Assembly (NCBI GenBank): GCA_934193095.1
Contig: CAKPUX010000002.1
Span: forward strand, 17,863-81,862
DNA: 64,000 nucleotides
Direction of reading: 5' to 3'
Source: an uncultured Dialister sp.
GTDB lineage: Bacteria; Bacillota; Negativicutes; Veillonellales; Dialisteraceae
Positions within the stretch are counted from its first letter, which is position 1. Each line of letters begins with the position of its first letter. The notes beneath the pieces are model-generated. The model was given only the letters and a program-made list of their open reading frames with translations, was not told the DNA's origin and did not search any database. Positions 9,234 through 19,600 of this stretch are shown here, in pieces. Made by a program: the position numbers and the translations under genes.

Positions 9234-12200
9234 ATGAAAAAGGAAATGAAAAATTGGCTTCGCAGTAGCATTGTTTTGGCTTTGGCGGCGGGTGCCTTGG
9301 TCGGAGGTTCGTCTGTGCAGGCGGCTAATACGTATGATATGACCCAGGGGGAGTTTCTGACCAATGGACTCAATTATACGACTACGAACACGTACCAAGA
9401 TAGGGATACATTGATTTATAAATGGGATGCAAAAAACAAGAAAATCATTGGGGGAAATGTTAGCGTTGGTCAAGATGTCTTGAATTCATCTTATGATGGT
9501 GTCAATGTGAATCTGGTGATTGATGCATCAGATTTGTCGAGTATGAGCAACGATGATGTCAAAGAAGCTATGACGCAGTTGGCCTCTAAAATTAAAAATT
9601 ATGCAGAGACTAACCGATATCGGCTGAATGCCTATGTACAAGTACGAGAAGGATTGACCGCTTCTTCCAAGGTTCTTCGTTCTTATCAGTTGGAATACAA
9701 AACTCCTGGTTGGAATGATCCAGATCAAGAAATCAAACCAGATGCAAATGTCGGAGATCTAGAGGAGGGTGTCTTTGCCACTTCTATTATCAATGGCGCA
9801 GCAGGCAGTGAATATGAATTTGATGAAAATGGGGTTTGGCGATATAAAGGCTTTAGAGGAGCAGTGGATGTTAATTTTACTACTCCCGCTACAGATAATG
9901 TGTATGCGGCTATTCGTACAGATGGGAAAGATACAGGAATTTCAAATCTGACGGAAAATAGTTCGTTCAATTCTACTTTACAGATGAATGCAGATGCGTC
10001 TTCTTTAGCTGATTCCAAAGCTTACTTGGCGTATAGTGGGACAGGAAATCAGGTCAGCGTGATTGCTAATGAATTGAATGCTACGGTCAAAGGGACGGAA
10101 GCAACTGGGATTTATGCAGGGCATGAAAATGGTGATACCACGAGTAAGGTAGTGGTTAATGGTGGCATTAATCTGACATTGGATGGTAAGAAAACTACTG
10201 GTGTTGAAGCAGGAAAGAATGGGGAAGTCTCCTTATTAACTGGTCAGAAGACTTATAATAGAACCAATACTGTTAGTATTGAATCACCCAATGGTCATGC
10301 CGTATATGCACATGACGGAGGTAAGGTTACTTTAGATGCTGTGAAAGTCAAGAAAGCAGATAAATCTGCCATTTACGCAGAAAAAGGTGGCAACATCACA
10401 CTGGGCATTGTAAGTGGGTTAACAGATGAATCGATTAGTACAGATGACGATGCAGATAGTCAGGTCTCTTTATCTGTGGATGGAAATTACACAGGGCAAG
10501 TTAAGGGGAATGTCAATGTAGCCTTTACTAAGGGTTCTACTTATAAGGCAGATAATGATAGCATTGGCACTGTGACTTTGAATGGTTCCACATGGGTGGG
10601 TTCCATGTTGCGTGATAATGGCTCGGTATCGATCAATTCTAATGGTCAGTGGAATATGGGAGAAACTGGTCGAGATATCAAATTATCTGCTTTGACCGGC
10701 GGTAAAACGACGGCCAGTCGTGGCTATGTGAAGATGGGCAGTGATAATCTTCACATCGGTACTTACAGTGGAAATGGCACATTTATTTATGATCATGATG
10801 CTTCTGATCCGACGAAGATTCTTGGTGGGAACATTACTATTGAAGAATCTAAGCCACTAAGTCTTTCTAGCTCTGGTTTAGGGGATAAGGGTGATTCTAC
10901 GGCAGAGGGAACTTCCGCATCTACGATTGCTATTGCTACCGATAGTGCCGGTATCGATACCACGGATAATGCTTTAGTTGAAAAAGTGCTGGATAATTTG
11001 GCAAGTAAATTGGCTTATCTGAACTATACTAAAGGGGAACGCAACTTGAGTGGTACCGTAGAATTGTTGGAAGGACTGACCAGTAGTTCTGTGACCAAGC
11101 ATTTTGCCAATCTGACTTTTGATGAAAAGACTGGTCAGGCCAAACGGGATTCGGAAGTCTATCATCCCTATGTCACCTATATCACAGGGGACGCTTCTAT
11201 CGATACGGCCTATGCAGATGCTTACAATGCAGATACCAATACCTATGATTTCAATCAGGATGTATTTATTCGAGAAGCAAAGTCTACAGATTCCGTTTGG
11301 ACTCGTGGCAGCTTGTACTATGGGCTGATTACCAATTATGGGACAGAATACGAGAAGCCAAGTAAAGGTTGGGGTATGTTTAAGAGTTCTAAACCAGATG
11401 GTGGCCCTTCCTATACAATGGATCTTCACGGAAATAATTTGACTGTTGATTTGGAAGCCTTCCCTGAAGCAAATGCCACAGGAAGCCAGCCTATGTGGAC
11501 TACAGCCGCTATCATGGCAGCTCGTGAAGGGACCATTACAATCACCAATCCTGGGGAAATTCATCTGACTTGCAATGCCAATTACTATTATGGTAGTGCC
11601 ATTCGCGCTTCGACCAGTGCTGGTACGACGAATGGTGCCCATGTAATCATTGAAAATGATCAGGGAAATTTGAAGGACCATATCGTATACCTTCGTGGTG
11701 GCATTGATACACCAGGGTATCAGCTTGATTATCGTACTATTGAGACTTACGGGAATGCTAAAGCTAAGGATATAACACAAGAAAACTCGGTATACATCAA
11801 AGGCCTCGTAGACATTGAAGCAGATAAGCATGCGGCTGTTTTTGCACGAGGCGGTTGGATTCGTCTGGGTGGTGGTCGTATTTCTGTGGATAATTACGAT
11901 GCGCTTTGGACGGCAGGTAAGGGTCGCATTGATATCAATATGCTGGTCGATGATGATGGCACTGTGAAAGGTGCTGGCAGTAATGATTTTGTACTGAAGG
12001 GTAATGCAGTGACCGCTACTCCTTACTATGGGAATAAGGGGACATTGAATTTGGCCTTTACCACAGCAAACTCCAGGTTTGATGGGGAAACTGGAGGTAC
12101 CGGTGAACAGAATCTCTATGTACAAAATGGAGCGGTTTGGAACAATACACCAGAATCGTATAACATCTGGAATTCCGGTGAAGTTGTAAAATCAGATCTA

Positions 12201-13652
12201 GCAAGTATTGCTACCCATTTATACGGGGGACAAGATGCAGCGCATACAGGTTACCTGATTCAGGACAGTGCGAAAGATTTAACAATTAAGAATTATAGTG
12301 GCTTTATGAAAGCCTATATAGCACGGGATAAATCCAAATCTGCAGGTGAAGATGGAACTGATGCAACTAGCCAGTTTAGTCAAAAAGGAAATATTATTAT
12401 CGAAAAAGCGGATCAGACAGATGGACAGAATGCAGATTTCACTTTATTGACAAGTCAGGAAGGCATTGACACTTCCAATAAAGAAGAAGTACTTTCAGTA
12501 ATGAAGGACTTGGCTGGCAAGCTGATCTATAAGGAGGCCACTGACAGTGAAAATCCGGCAGTTCATCTTAATGGACATGTAGGCTTGGCAGAAGGGCTGA
12601 TTGCTGGTTCAGTAGAAACGAGATTGGCTGATTTGACGTTTGATGGGACGTCCGATGGAACGGGTAGTGTCGTGGATAGTACCTATCAGATTCCGAAGAA
12701 TTATCCGGCTATCCTGTATGGACCTAAAGAAACTGCTATGATGCGTGGTGCTAAATCTGCCATGGCTTCTACAGCTATGATTTGGCGGGCTATCAATAAT
12801 GACGTGGAACGCCGGCTGGGCGATTTACGTGTAGGCAATGCTGAAAAGGAAAATGGTATGTGGGCTAAAGTGGGCGCTGGGCGTATGTCTTACGACGAAG
12901 GAACCACAGATTTCCGTACCCGCTTTAATGAATATCATATCGGTTATGATCATGCCGTAGGCAATGCAGGATGGAGAGCTGGTGCTTCTGTCAGCTACAT
13001 CGACGGGAAGAGTACCTATGAAAAGGGGACTGGTGATAATGATGTAACCAATTTCCATGTATATGCTACAAAGACCATGCAAAATGGGGCTTACTTGGAT
13101 ATCATTGGCAGAGTTAGCCATGCCAAGAATAAGTATCGTATTATGAACGATGCAGGGAATAAACTGGACGGCGATTATGGAACCAATGGATATGGTCTAT
13201 CTGCAGAATATGGGAAACGGTTTGTCAAAGATAGTGGATTCTATGTAGAACCACAAGCAGAACTGACTTGGGGTAGATTATCTGGCAAATCTTATGATGC
13301 TGCTAGTGATTATGGCGGAGGCCGTGCATTGCATGTCGATCAGGATGATTTTAATAGTTTGATTGGACGTATCGGTGTTGGATTTGGTTTAGTGAAAGAA
13401 CGAAGCAGCATCTATGCAAAACTTTCGCTTCTCCATGAATTCCAAGGTGGTTTTGATACACAGTATACGGCAAAAGGTGAACCTTCTAATGCGACACATA
13501 TGGACTTTGATGGTACTTGGGTATCTGCTATGTTTGGCGGTACATACCAGCTGGGAGACAGAGCCAATTTCTATGGGTATCTGGAAAAGACTTATGGTGG
13601 CGATTTAAAGACCGATTGGCGCTATAATGTAGGACTTCGTTTTACCTTTTAA
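9234..13652 (+). CDS. Classical autotransporter, 1472 aa
   Basis: RBS gagaggag. Signal peptide MKKEMKNWLRSSIVLALAAGALVGGSSVQA/AN. C-terminal translocator (MMRGAKSAMASTAMIWRAINNDVERRLGDL, GMWAKVGAG, terminal VGLRFTF). Three copies of the conserved module occur in the passenger. The central region is homologous to the N-terminal part of the 2604-aa protein. Confidence 0.9.
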   Translation: MKKEMKNWLRSSIVLALAAGALVGGSSVQAANTYDMTQGEFLTNGLNYTTTNTYQDRDTLIYKWDAKNKKIIGGNVSVGQDVLNSSYDGVNVNLVIDASDLSSMSNDDVKEAMTQLASKIKNYAETNRYRLNAYVQVREGLTASSKVLRSYQLEYKTPGWNDPDQEIKPDANVGDLEEGVFATSIINGAAGSEYEFDENGVWRYKGFRGAVDVNFTTPATDNVYAAIRTDGKDTGISNLTENSSFNSTLQMNADASSLADSKAYLAYSGTGNQVSVIANELNATVKGTEATGIYAGHENGDTTSKVVVNGGINLTLDGKKTTGVEAGKNGEVSLLTGQKTYNRTNTVSIESPNGHAVYAHDGGKVTLDAVKVKKADKSAIYAEKGGNITLGIVSGLTDESISTDDDADSQVSLSVDGNYTGQVKGNVNVAFTKGSTYKADNDSIGTVTLNGSTWVGSMLRDNGSVSINSNGQWNMGETGRDIKLSALTGGKTTASRGYVKMGSDNLHIGTYSGNGTFIYDHDASDPTKILGGNITIEESKPLSLSSSGLGDKGDSTAEGTSASTIAIATDSAGIDTTDNALVEKVLDNLASKLAYLNYTKGERNLSGTVELLEGLTSSSVTKHFANLTFDEKTGQAKRDSEVYHPYVTYITGDASIDTAYADAYNADTNTYDFNQDVFIREAKSTDSVWTRGSLYYGLITNYGTEYEKPSKGWGMFKSSKPDGGPSYTMDLHGNNLTVDLEAFPEANATGSQPMWTTAAIMAAREGTITITNPGEIHLTCNANYYYGSAIRASTSAGTTNGAHVIIENDQGNLKDHIVYLRGGIDTPGYQLDYRTIETYGNAKAKDITQENSVYIKGLVDIEADKHAAVFARGGWIRLGGGRISVDNYDALWTAGKGRIDINMLVDDDGTVKGAGSNDFVLKGNAVTATPYYGNKGTLNLAFTTANSRFDGETGGTGEQNLYVQNGAVWNNTPESYNIWNSGEVVKSDLASIATHLYGGQDAAHTGYLIQDSAKDLTIKNYSGFMKAYIARDKSKSAGEDGTDATSQFSQKGNIIIEKADQTDGQNADFTLLTSQEGIDTSNKEEVLSVMKDLAGKLIYKEATDSENPAVHLNGHVGLAEGLIAGSVETRLADLTFDGTSDGTGSVVDSTYQIPKNYPAILYGPKETAMMRGAKSAMASTAMIWRAINNDVERRLGDLRVGNAEKENGMWAKVGAGRMSYDEGTTDFRTRFNEYHIGYDHAVGNAGWRAGASVSYIDGKSTYEKGTGDNDVTNFHVYATKTMQNGAYLDIIGRVSHAKNKYRIMNDAGNKLDGDYGTNGYGLSAEYGKRFVKDSGFYVEPQAELTWGRLSGKSYDAASDYGGGRALHVDQDDFNSLIGRIGVGFGLVKERSSIYAKLSLLHEFQGGFDTQYTAKGEPSNATHMDFDGTWVSAMFGGTYQLGDRANFYGYLEKTYGGDLKTDWRYNVGLRFTF

Positions 13653-13671
13653 TAGGAGCTAGAAGCCAAGA

Positions 13672-13707
13672 CTAGGGAAACACTGGTAATGATTAAATCA
13701 ATGTTTC
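13672..13707. repeat. Solo hairpin of the AGGGAAACACTGATTAAATC repeat family
   Basis: agggaaacactgg..caatgtttctct, 20 nt after the autotransporter stop. Same terminal sequence as the 163-bp elements at 28873 and 45854. Confidence 0.6.
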
Positions 13708-13741
13708 TCTGGTATGTGTGACTGCTATTTTAGGAGAATAA

Positions 13742-13781
13742 AGAGCTGTGAATTTGAAAGGAAATTCATGGCTCTTTTTTC
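13742..13781 (+). terminator. Rho-independent terminator
   Basis: agagctgtgaattt / aaattcatggctct stem followed by TTTTT. Confidence 0.75.
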
Positions 13782-13894
13782 TTTATGAGGAAGGGGAGAG
13801 TCCTTCACATAGAAGCAGGTGTGATTAGGCAAAATCCTGCACACAATTATTGCCTGTTCGTTGTTGGAGCCTTGATAACCATAAATAGGGGACT

Positions 13895-13925
13895 TGACTA
13901 TATGATGGTCATACGGTTGATACTA
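13895..13925 (+). promoter_or_regulatory. Promoter (-35 TTGACT) with Fur-box-like operator, copy 3 (no riboswitch downstream)
   Basis: TTGACT at 13895-13900 followed by aTATGAtggTCATAc (13901-13915), then ttgatact as a possible -10. The leader to the receptor gene is only about 90-100 nt. Confidence 0.55.
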
Positions 13926-14019
13926 AATAAGAATATAAAGTATAAAAGGATAGGTGTCATATTTTATTTCATGCCCCATATTCATCGAGCAAGAGGGCAA
14001 AATGGAAGGACTGGAGAAA

Positions 14020-16656
14020 ATGAAGAAATGGAATTCATCTTGGCGTAGGGAGTCCAAGAAATCTTACCTAACAATTGGCTTACTGCTAGGAATGATCTCT
14101 ATGGGACAAATGTCTGTGTCCGCTAACGAACCAGAACAGGCGGAAGGACCCATATATACATTGCAAGGGATTACTGTAGAGGCTAAAAGGCCAGATTGGG
14201 AAGCAAAGCTTTCTCCGGGGACTGTCACCGTGATTCGCCCTCAGGATTTCAAAGGGGAGCAGAAGACGCTGCCGGATATGCTGAAAACGGTGCCTGGTGT
14301 CCATGTGCGTGAAGTGAATGGGCATGGACAGTATACGACGGTCACGGTGCGAGGCTCTACCGCGGCACAGGTCGGTGTCTTCATGGATGGGATACTGACA
14401 AACCTCGGGGGAGATGCTGCCGTCGATATTTCCACCCTTCCGGTCAAGAATGTGGAGCGTATTGAAGTGTATCGCGGCTATGTGCCGGCACGTTTCGGCG
14501 GGACTTTTATCGGCGGTGTCATCAATATCGTGACAAAGAAACCGGATAAACCCGGCATTTCTGCAGAAGTTGGAAAGAGCTCTTATGGCGGGAAGAGTAT
14601 GTCCCTTGAGTACACGGCTCCACTGGCAAGTGGTACGTTGATGGTGGCAGGAAATTATGAGTCAAGTGATAACGATTTTTCCTATACCAACTATGCGGCG
14701 GAAAGATATATCCCCTATTTGGAAAAGCAGATTAAGGGTTACCAGGGTGTAGTTGATAATTTCAATAAGGATAAAATAGACTTTTTTACAGAACCTACCA
14801 AAAATGATTGGGGGGAGGAAGGAACTCCGCTGGTTTCACTTACGCAGGATGAAATCGATCATTTCAAGAATAATCCGAATGACTGGCTGGAGTTTGTTCG
14901 CGGAAGCGGAGAGTATAGCCTTGCAGGAAAATTGACAGAGAATGCAGGAGAGACAGGCCTTGATGCAAAGGATATAGCGGATTATAAGACACAGGCAGAT
15001 CCGGAAACGAGCCCTGAACTAGCTGAATATAACAAAACAACCAAAGCGTATATCGACAAATTGAAGGAAGCCAAGGAGGCTAAACGCTGGCGCAAGTATA
15101 ACGATTATAAAAACAGCAGTGCGTTGGTCAAGTGGCAGAATGAGAACTGGGTGGTGAAAGGTTCCTGGAATCGGATTGACCGCCATTTGCCGGATGGACT
15201 TTGGGGTGGGAACGCGAATCAGGCAATCGAGAACAATGCTGTGGATTTGCGTGACCTCTATCGATATGATAGCCGCCATCAGAAATTGGATAATACGGAG
15301 GTGATGGTGCAGAACCGGAATCAGAATGGCCGTTTGGAATGGGGATGGACGGCGGACTACCTGCATCAGAAAAAGAGTTACCGGGCGGAGCATATTGTAC
15401 AGGATGCAGTGACTGATTTTGATGAGCTCAATACACCTCTTCGTAAATGGAGCCGTTATACATCCAATAAGTATAATCTGCAGCTGGACGGGACGTACAA
15501 GATTTCCGAGCGAAACATGCTGGATTTCCAAACGAATATGTCTCATGAACGGTTAAAAATCAATGGGTCTTTGATGGATAAGGTGCTGGGGGATTCTGAT
15601 CTTGGGAATGTTTTAGGACAGACCAGGAATCGATATGATCAGGATATATGGAATGTGCAATTGCAGGATACGATTACGCTGGACAAGAAGTCCAGCTGGT
15701 TTCTGACACCAAGTCTTCGTTACAACCGTTCAAAAGTCACTGGCTACAGTGACGGGAAGCGATTCGCGGAAAATCAGGAAAACCGATTCCACTGGATTCA
15801 TCCGAAGGACAGTCAGGTGGATGATAAGGTAACCTGGCAGTTGGGCTTAAAGAAAATAGTCAATGACCAGCTGACGCTTCGCATGACAGGCGGGACGTAC
15901 TATCGTCTTCTTAATATGTATGAGATTGCAGGGGATGGCGCAGGGATTCTTCCGGCACCGAGAAAGGATGCGCAGACTTCTACCTTCCCACTGCCGGAAG
16001 AAGGAAAGCAGTTCGACATAAGCGCCATCTGGAAAGGGAAGCTGCTGCATGCGGATAATAGTACGCAGCTGACATATTTCTGGAGAGACTCGACCAATAT
16101 GCTGCAGCTGGTACGCACCGGGAAAGATTACTGGTCATATTTCAATGATAATCGCGGCAAGGTACATGGCGTGGAATTCCAGTCCAATTTCAGCTGGAAG
16201 AAGGTAGATCTGGATTTGCGGGCCACTTATATGCAGACACATATGCAAAGGAAAAATAGTGCCGTAGGCTATGGTTATTCGGATATCTGGGCTACCTATC
16301 AGCCGGAGTGGGAAGGGAATGCAAGATTGACTTATCGCCCAAACCAGCATGTGGATCTATTTGGCGAAGTCCATTATACCGGTGGTTATTATACGGATTG
16401 CAGTAAAGACCCCAAGGGTGGTGAGTATGCGCATTTGTCAGGGCGGCCGGTTAATGCACTGACGACCATCAATGGCGGTGTGAAATGGAAACCGGCTGAC
16501 AGCTGGCAGTTTACTTTTGGCTGTAATGACATATTCAATAAGGGACCGAAGATGAAGATCCGAAGTAATACAGCTTTTACGGTGCCGGGATACATTAATC
16601 CGGAATTTCCTATCCAGGGGCGGACGTATTATGCATCGATCCGTTATCAATTCTAA
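14020..16656 (+). CDS. TonB-dependent outer-membrane receptor (about 880 aa)
   Basis: Signal peptide ..LLLGMISMGQMSVSA/NE and a TonB-box-like YTLQGITVEA. Plug motifs VTVRGSTAAQVGVFMDGI and IERIEVYRGYVPARFGG..GGVINIVTKKP. Terminal GRTYYASIRYQF. The start is ambiguous (ATG 14002 or 14020); the track start at 13954 is unlikely. Confidence 0.88.
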   Translation: MKKWNSSWRRESKKSYLTIGLLLGMISMGQMSVSANEPEQAEGPIYTLQGITVEAKRPDWEAKLSPGTVTVIRPQDFKGEQKTLPDMLKTVPGVHVREVNGHGQYTTVTVRGSTAAQVGVFMDGILTNLGGDAAVDISTLPVKNVERIEVYRGYVPARFGGTFIGGVINIVTKKPDKPGISAEVGKSSYGGKSMSLEYTAPLASGTLMVAGNYESSDNDFSYTNYAAERYIPYLEKQIKGYQGVVDNFNKDKIDFFTEPTKNDWGEEGTPLVSLTQDEIDHFKNNPNDWLEFVRGSGEYSLAGKLTENAGETGLDAKDIADYKTQADPETSPELAEYNKTTKAYIDKLKEAKEAKRWRKYNDYKNSSALVKWQNENWVVKGSWNRIDRHLPDGLWGGNANQAIENNAVDLRDLYRYDSRHQKLDNTEVMVQNRNQNGRLEWGWTADYLHQKKSYRAEHIVQDAVTDFDELNTPLRKWSRYTSNKYNLQLDGTYKISERNMLDFQTNMSHERLKINGSLMDKVLGDSDLGNVLGQTRNRYDQDIWNVQLQDTITLDKKSSWFLTPSLRYNRSKVTGYSDGKRFAENQENRFHWIHPKDSQVDDKVTWQLGLKKIVNDQLTLRMTGGTYYRLLNMYEIAGDGAGILPAPRKDAQTSTFPLPEEGKQFDISAIWKGKLLHADNSTQLTYFWRDSTNMLQLVRTGKDYWSYFNDNRGKVHGVEFQSNFSWKKVDLDLRATYMQTHMQRKNSAVGYGYSDIWATYQPEWEGNARLTYRPNQHVDLFGEVHYTGGYYTDCSKDPKGGEYAHLSGRPVNALTTINGGVKWKPADSWQFTFGCNDIFNKGPKMKIRSNTAFTVPGYINPEFPIQGRTYYASIRYQF

Positions 16657-16666
16657 GGAGGAATAG

Positions 16667-19600
16667 ATGATGTGGAAAATGAGTAACAAAAAACGCAAGA
16701 TGGCTTTCCTGACTGCTCTGATAGGGAGCCTCATGGCGGGATCCAGTGTAGGGGCGGCCAACCTGATGGCAACGATCCCATCGGATTATCACAATAGCCA
16801 GATGGGGGGCGTGACAGGTTCCCGCGTGACTACAACGGTTGATGCGGCTCCAGTGGTAGGAGCGGTGAAGAATTTGAACGGGGATCCGGCTACGTTCTCT
16901 GTGTTTATCAACGGAGAAAGCCAGATTTTTCTTCGTCAGTATACCTATAGTACCGTCGCATTAAAGGGCAGTGTATTGATGGATGCAGATGGAGATTGGG
17001 CATCTGTCAATAATCCAACGGGAGAAATTACGGCGGTACCAAATGCACATGCAGCAGTTGGCTATTGGAATACCCTTTATACGACAGGTTATGATAATGG
17101 GCAAATTGGCCTTGCGAAGGTTAATGGTAAGCAGCTGGTCGAGAATAAACTGAAGACGGTCAATCTAAAAACAGATATCAAAGAAAAAACGGGGGATGTA
17201 GATGCTGCCTCCTATGATACCTACAAGGATACAAATGGAAAGGTGCAATTCACCAGCGTCCATGGTGAAGGTCTTCTCATAAAGGATGGATATTTGTATG
17301 TGGCGGCCAGCGTTAATAAGAAAGGTGGCACTGACGATTATGATAATGGCTACCTTTTGCAATATAAGATTAAAAATGATGGGGGTCTGGAGTATCGAGA
17401 TTATGCCCGTATCGGAAAGAATACGAACAATGTTCGGCTGAATTCATACAATAATCTGATTCTTGCAACAGCTGTTGGCGGGTATCAGCATTATGGAAAG
17501 TTGAATCCGGAATCGGCTCTCAATTATGTGGATGTGTCGGATAATCATATCGGGCAGATACATGAGACGCGATCGGTTCATCTGCCTGAACAGGTCAAAA
17601 ATGACGGATATGATTTCCGTGATATGAAGGTACTGCCGGATGGTACTGTTTATGTGATGAAGTATACTTTGAGTGCTACAGGAGGGGAATTTACCGGCCG
17701 TGTGTACCAGACGACCATGGCCAATCTGATGTCGAAAAATCCCGATGATTGGCAAGTGGTTTTGGATGGGAAAGTAGATGATGGTTGTTTTGGTCGGCTG
17801 AATGCGGAGTATTATACCAAACGGTTATGGGTAGAATGGGGTAACAATCTCTATGTGTACGAAGATGGAGATACGAAACCTACGCACCAATGGGTGACGA
17901 AGGACTTTTCTACTGACACGCAGTTCTATCAGTTCAATTCAGTCACCATGTTGCCGACCGACCAGGTCTGGGGAAATCTTGCCAAGTTAACGACGTATCG
18001 TCCTGAAGGTTTGACTGCGTCTTCGGAAACAAAAATCACCGTGGAGAATGCAGATGCCAAGGTAGGAACTGTGACTAGAAAAGCGGGCATTACGGGGACA
18101 TCGGCGGACCAGACAGCTTTTAGTGATGTCACTTCAGATGATGGAACGTATTCCTTTACCAAGGATGAAGTGCTGAGCATCAATCTGGGGAAAGAAGGGG
18201 ATCATGCCACCAATGCAGCAGCGGTCATTCAGGCGAAAGATGGGAAGGACATCACGATCGATGCTTCTGGACACAGCCTGCAGCTGGCTTCTAAAAACTA
18301 TATAGCATCTCCTGTCGGCATTTATGCCGGAAATGGTAAGAATGTATCGATCACAGCAGACAAAGTGGATGTCGTGACTTCTGGATATTCCAGCGGGAAT
18401 TCTTTGACCAATGCGATCTGGAATGATGGCGGGAAAAATACAGCCAGCCAAATCACTGTGAATGGGGATGTCAATATTTCCATGTCTGGTGGTTACGGCG
18501 GTAATGGTGTCGCTATCCAGAAGTCGTTCCGCTGGGGAGAAAACAGTCAGGAATCGACGGCATCTTCTGCTATTACGATTCATGGCAATCTGAAAATTGC
18601 CGGGGAGGACAGTGCAACGTGGGGCATTCCTGTTAATCGGGAGAATGTTTTGTCTCGTTTTAATAATGCAGGTATCCTGACGAATATTGAAAAAAGCAAA
18701 GTCACTGTCACTGGTGATGTAGATATGGCGGTGTATGGCAATGGGATCACCACCAATGCAAGAGATAGCGAGGTATCCATTGGCGGCGGACATATTACTG
18801 TGCCGCAGGGAACGAAATACGGCTATTATACACTGGGTGCCTATGCAGGTACGATCAATGTCAATATGAATGAGGCAGGCTCCGCAGCCGGTACACATGA
18901 TGTACAGCTGGATGGAGATGTATTTGCTTTAAAATCGACGGGCACCATCAACTTGGGGCTGACAACGAAGAATTCCTACTTGAATGGTATCATTGACAAT
19001 GGCGGCAAGGTCAATATGTGGCTGCAGAATGGAGCCGTCTGGACCAATGAAGCGAAAAATACCCGCTATAAACAGGACGATGAGGATGTAGGAAGCAATG
19101 AGGTCAGCCGTGTGACATTCCTGCATGGGGGTACGAAGTCCGGTACCAGTGATACAGCGGGTGTCATCATTCAAACAGAAAACAGCAAGTCGCTGACGAT
19201 CGATAAATTCTCTGGAGCGGCCAAGGTACTGTACTCACATGATAGCAATACCCCCACGAAGATATTGGGCGGGGATGTGACCATCGGCAGCGCTATTCGT
19301 GGGTCAGAAATCGTTCTCCGGACGGATTATGATGACAACATGCAGTCTGATGCAGTAAAGAATCAGGTTTTGAATGCATTGGCGAAAAAGCTGTACTATA
19401 AAGATGCCGTCAATGAAAAAACTGCCCTTTCAGGGAAAGTGGAAATCGCGGAAGGCCTGACGGCTTCCTCTGCGGCTAAATATATCGGAAATATTGCATT
19501 TAATCAGACGAATGGGCAGGGCAGCCTTGGCAGTGGAGAAACGCCGGAACCTCCGGCTGAACAGTCGAAGACACTCTTCACGTCTTCGATGACTGGCGGA

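Noticed and set aside
10974-12125. Minus-strand 383-aa ORF inside the second autotransporter.
   Set aside because: It is antisense to a well-supported CDS, and no family features are visible.
13785-14019. 87-aa ORF 13785..14048 and the long N-terminal extension of the receptor ORF from 13954.
   Set aside because: They overlap the promoter/operator module and leader. The receptor signal peptide begins only after ATG 14002/14020, which has a nearby GGAG.
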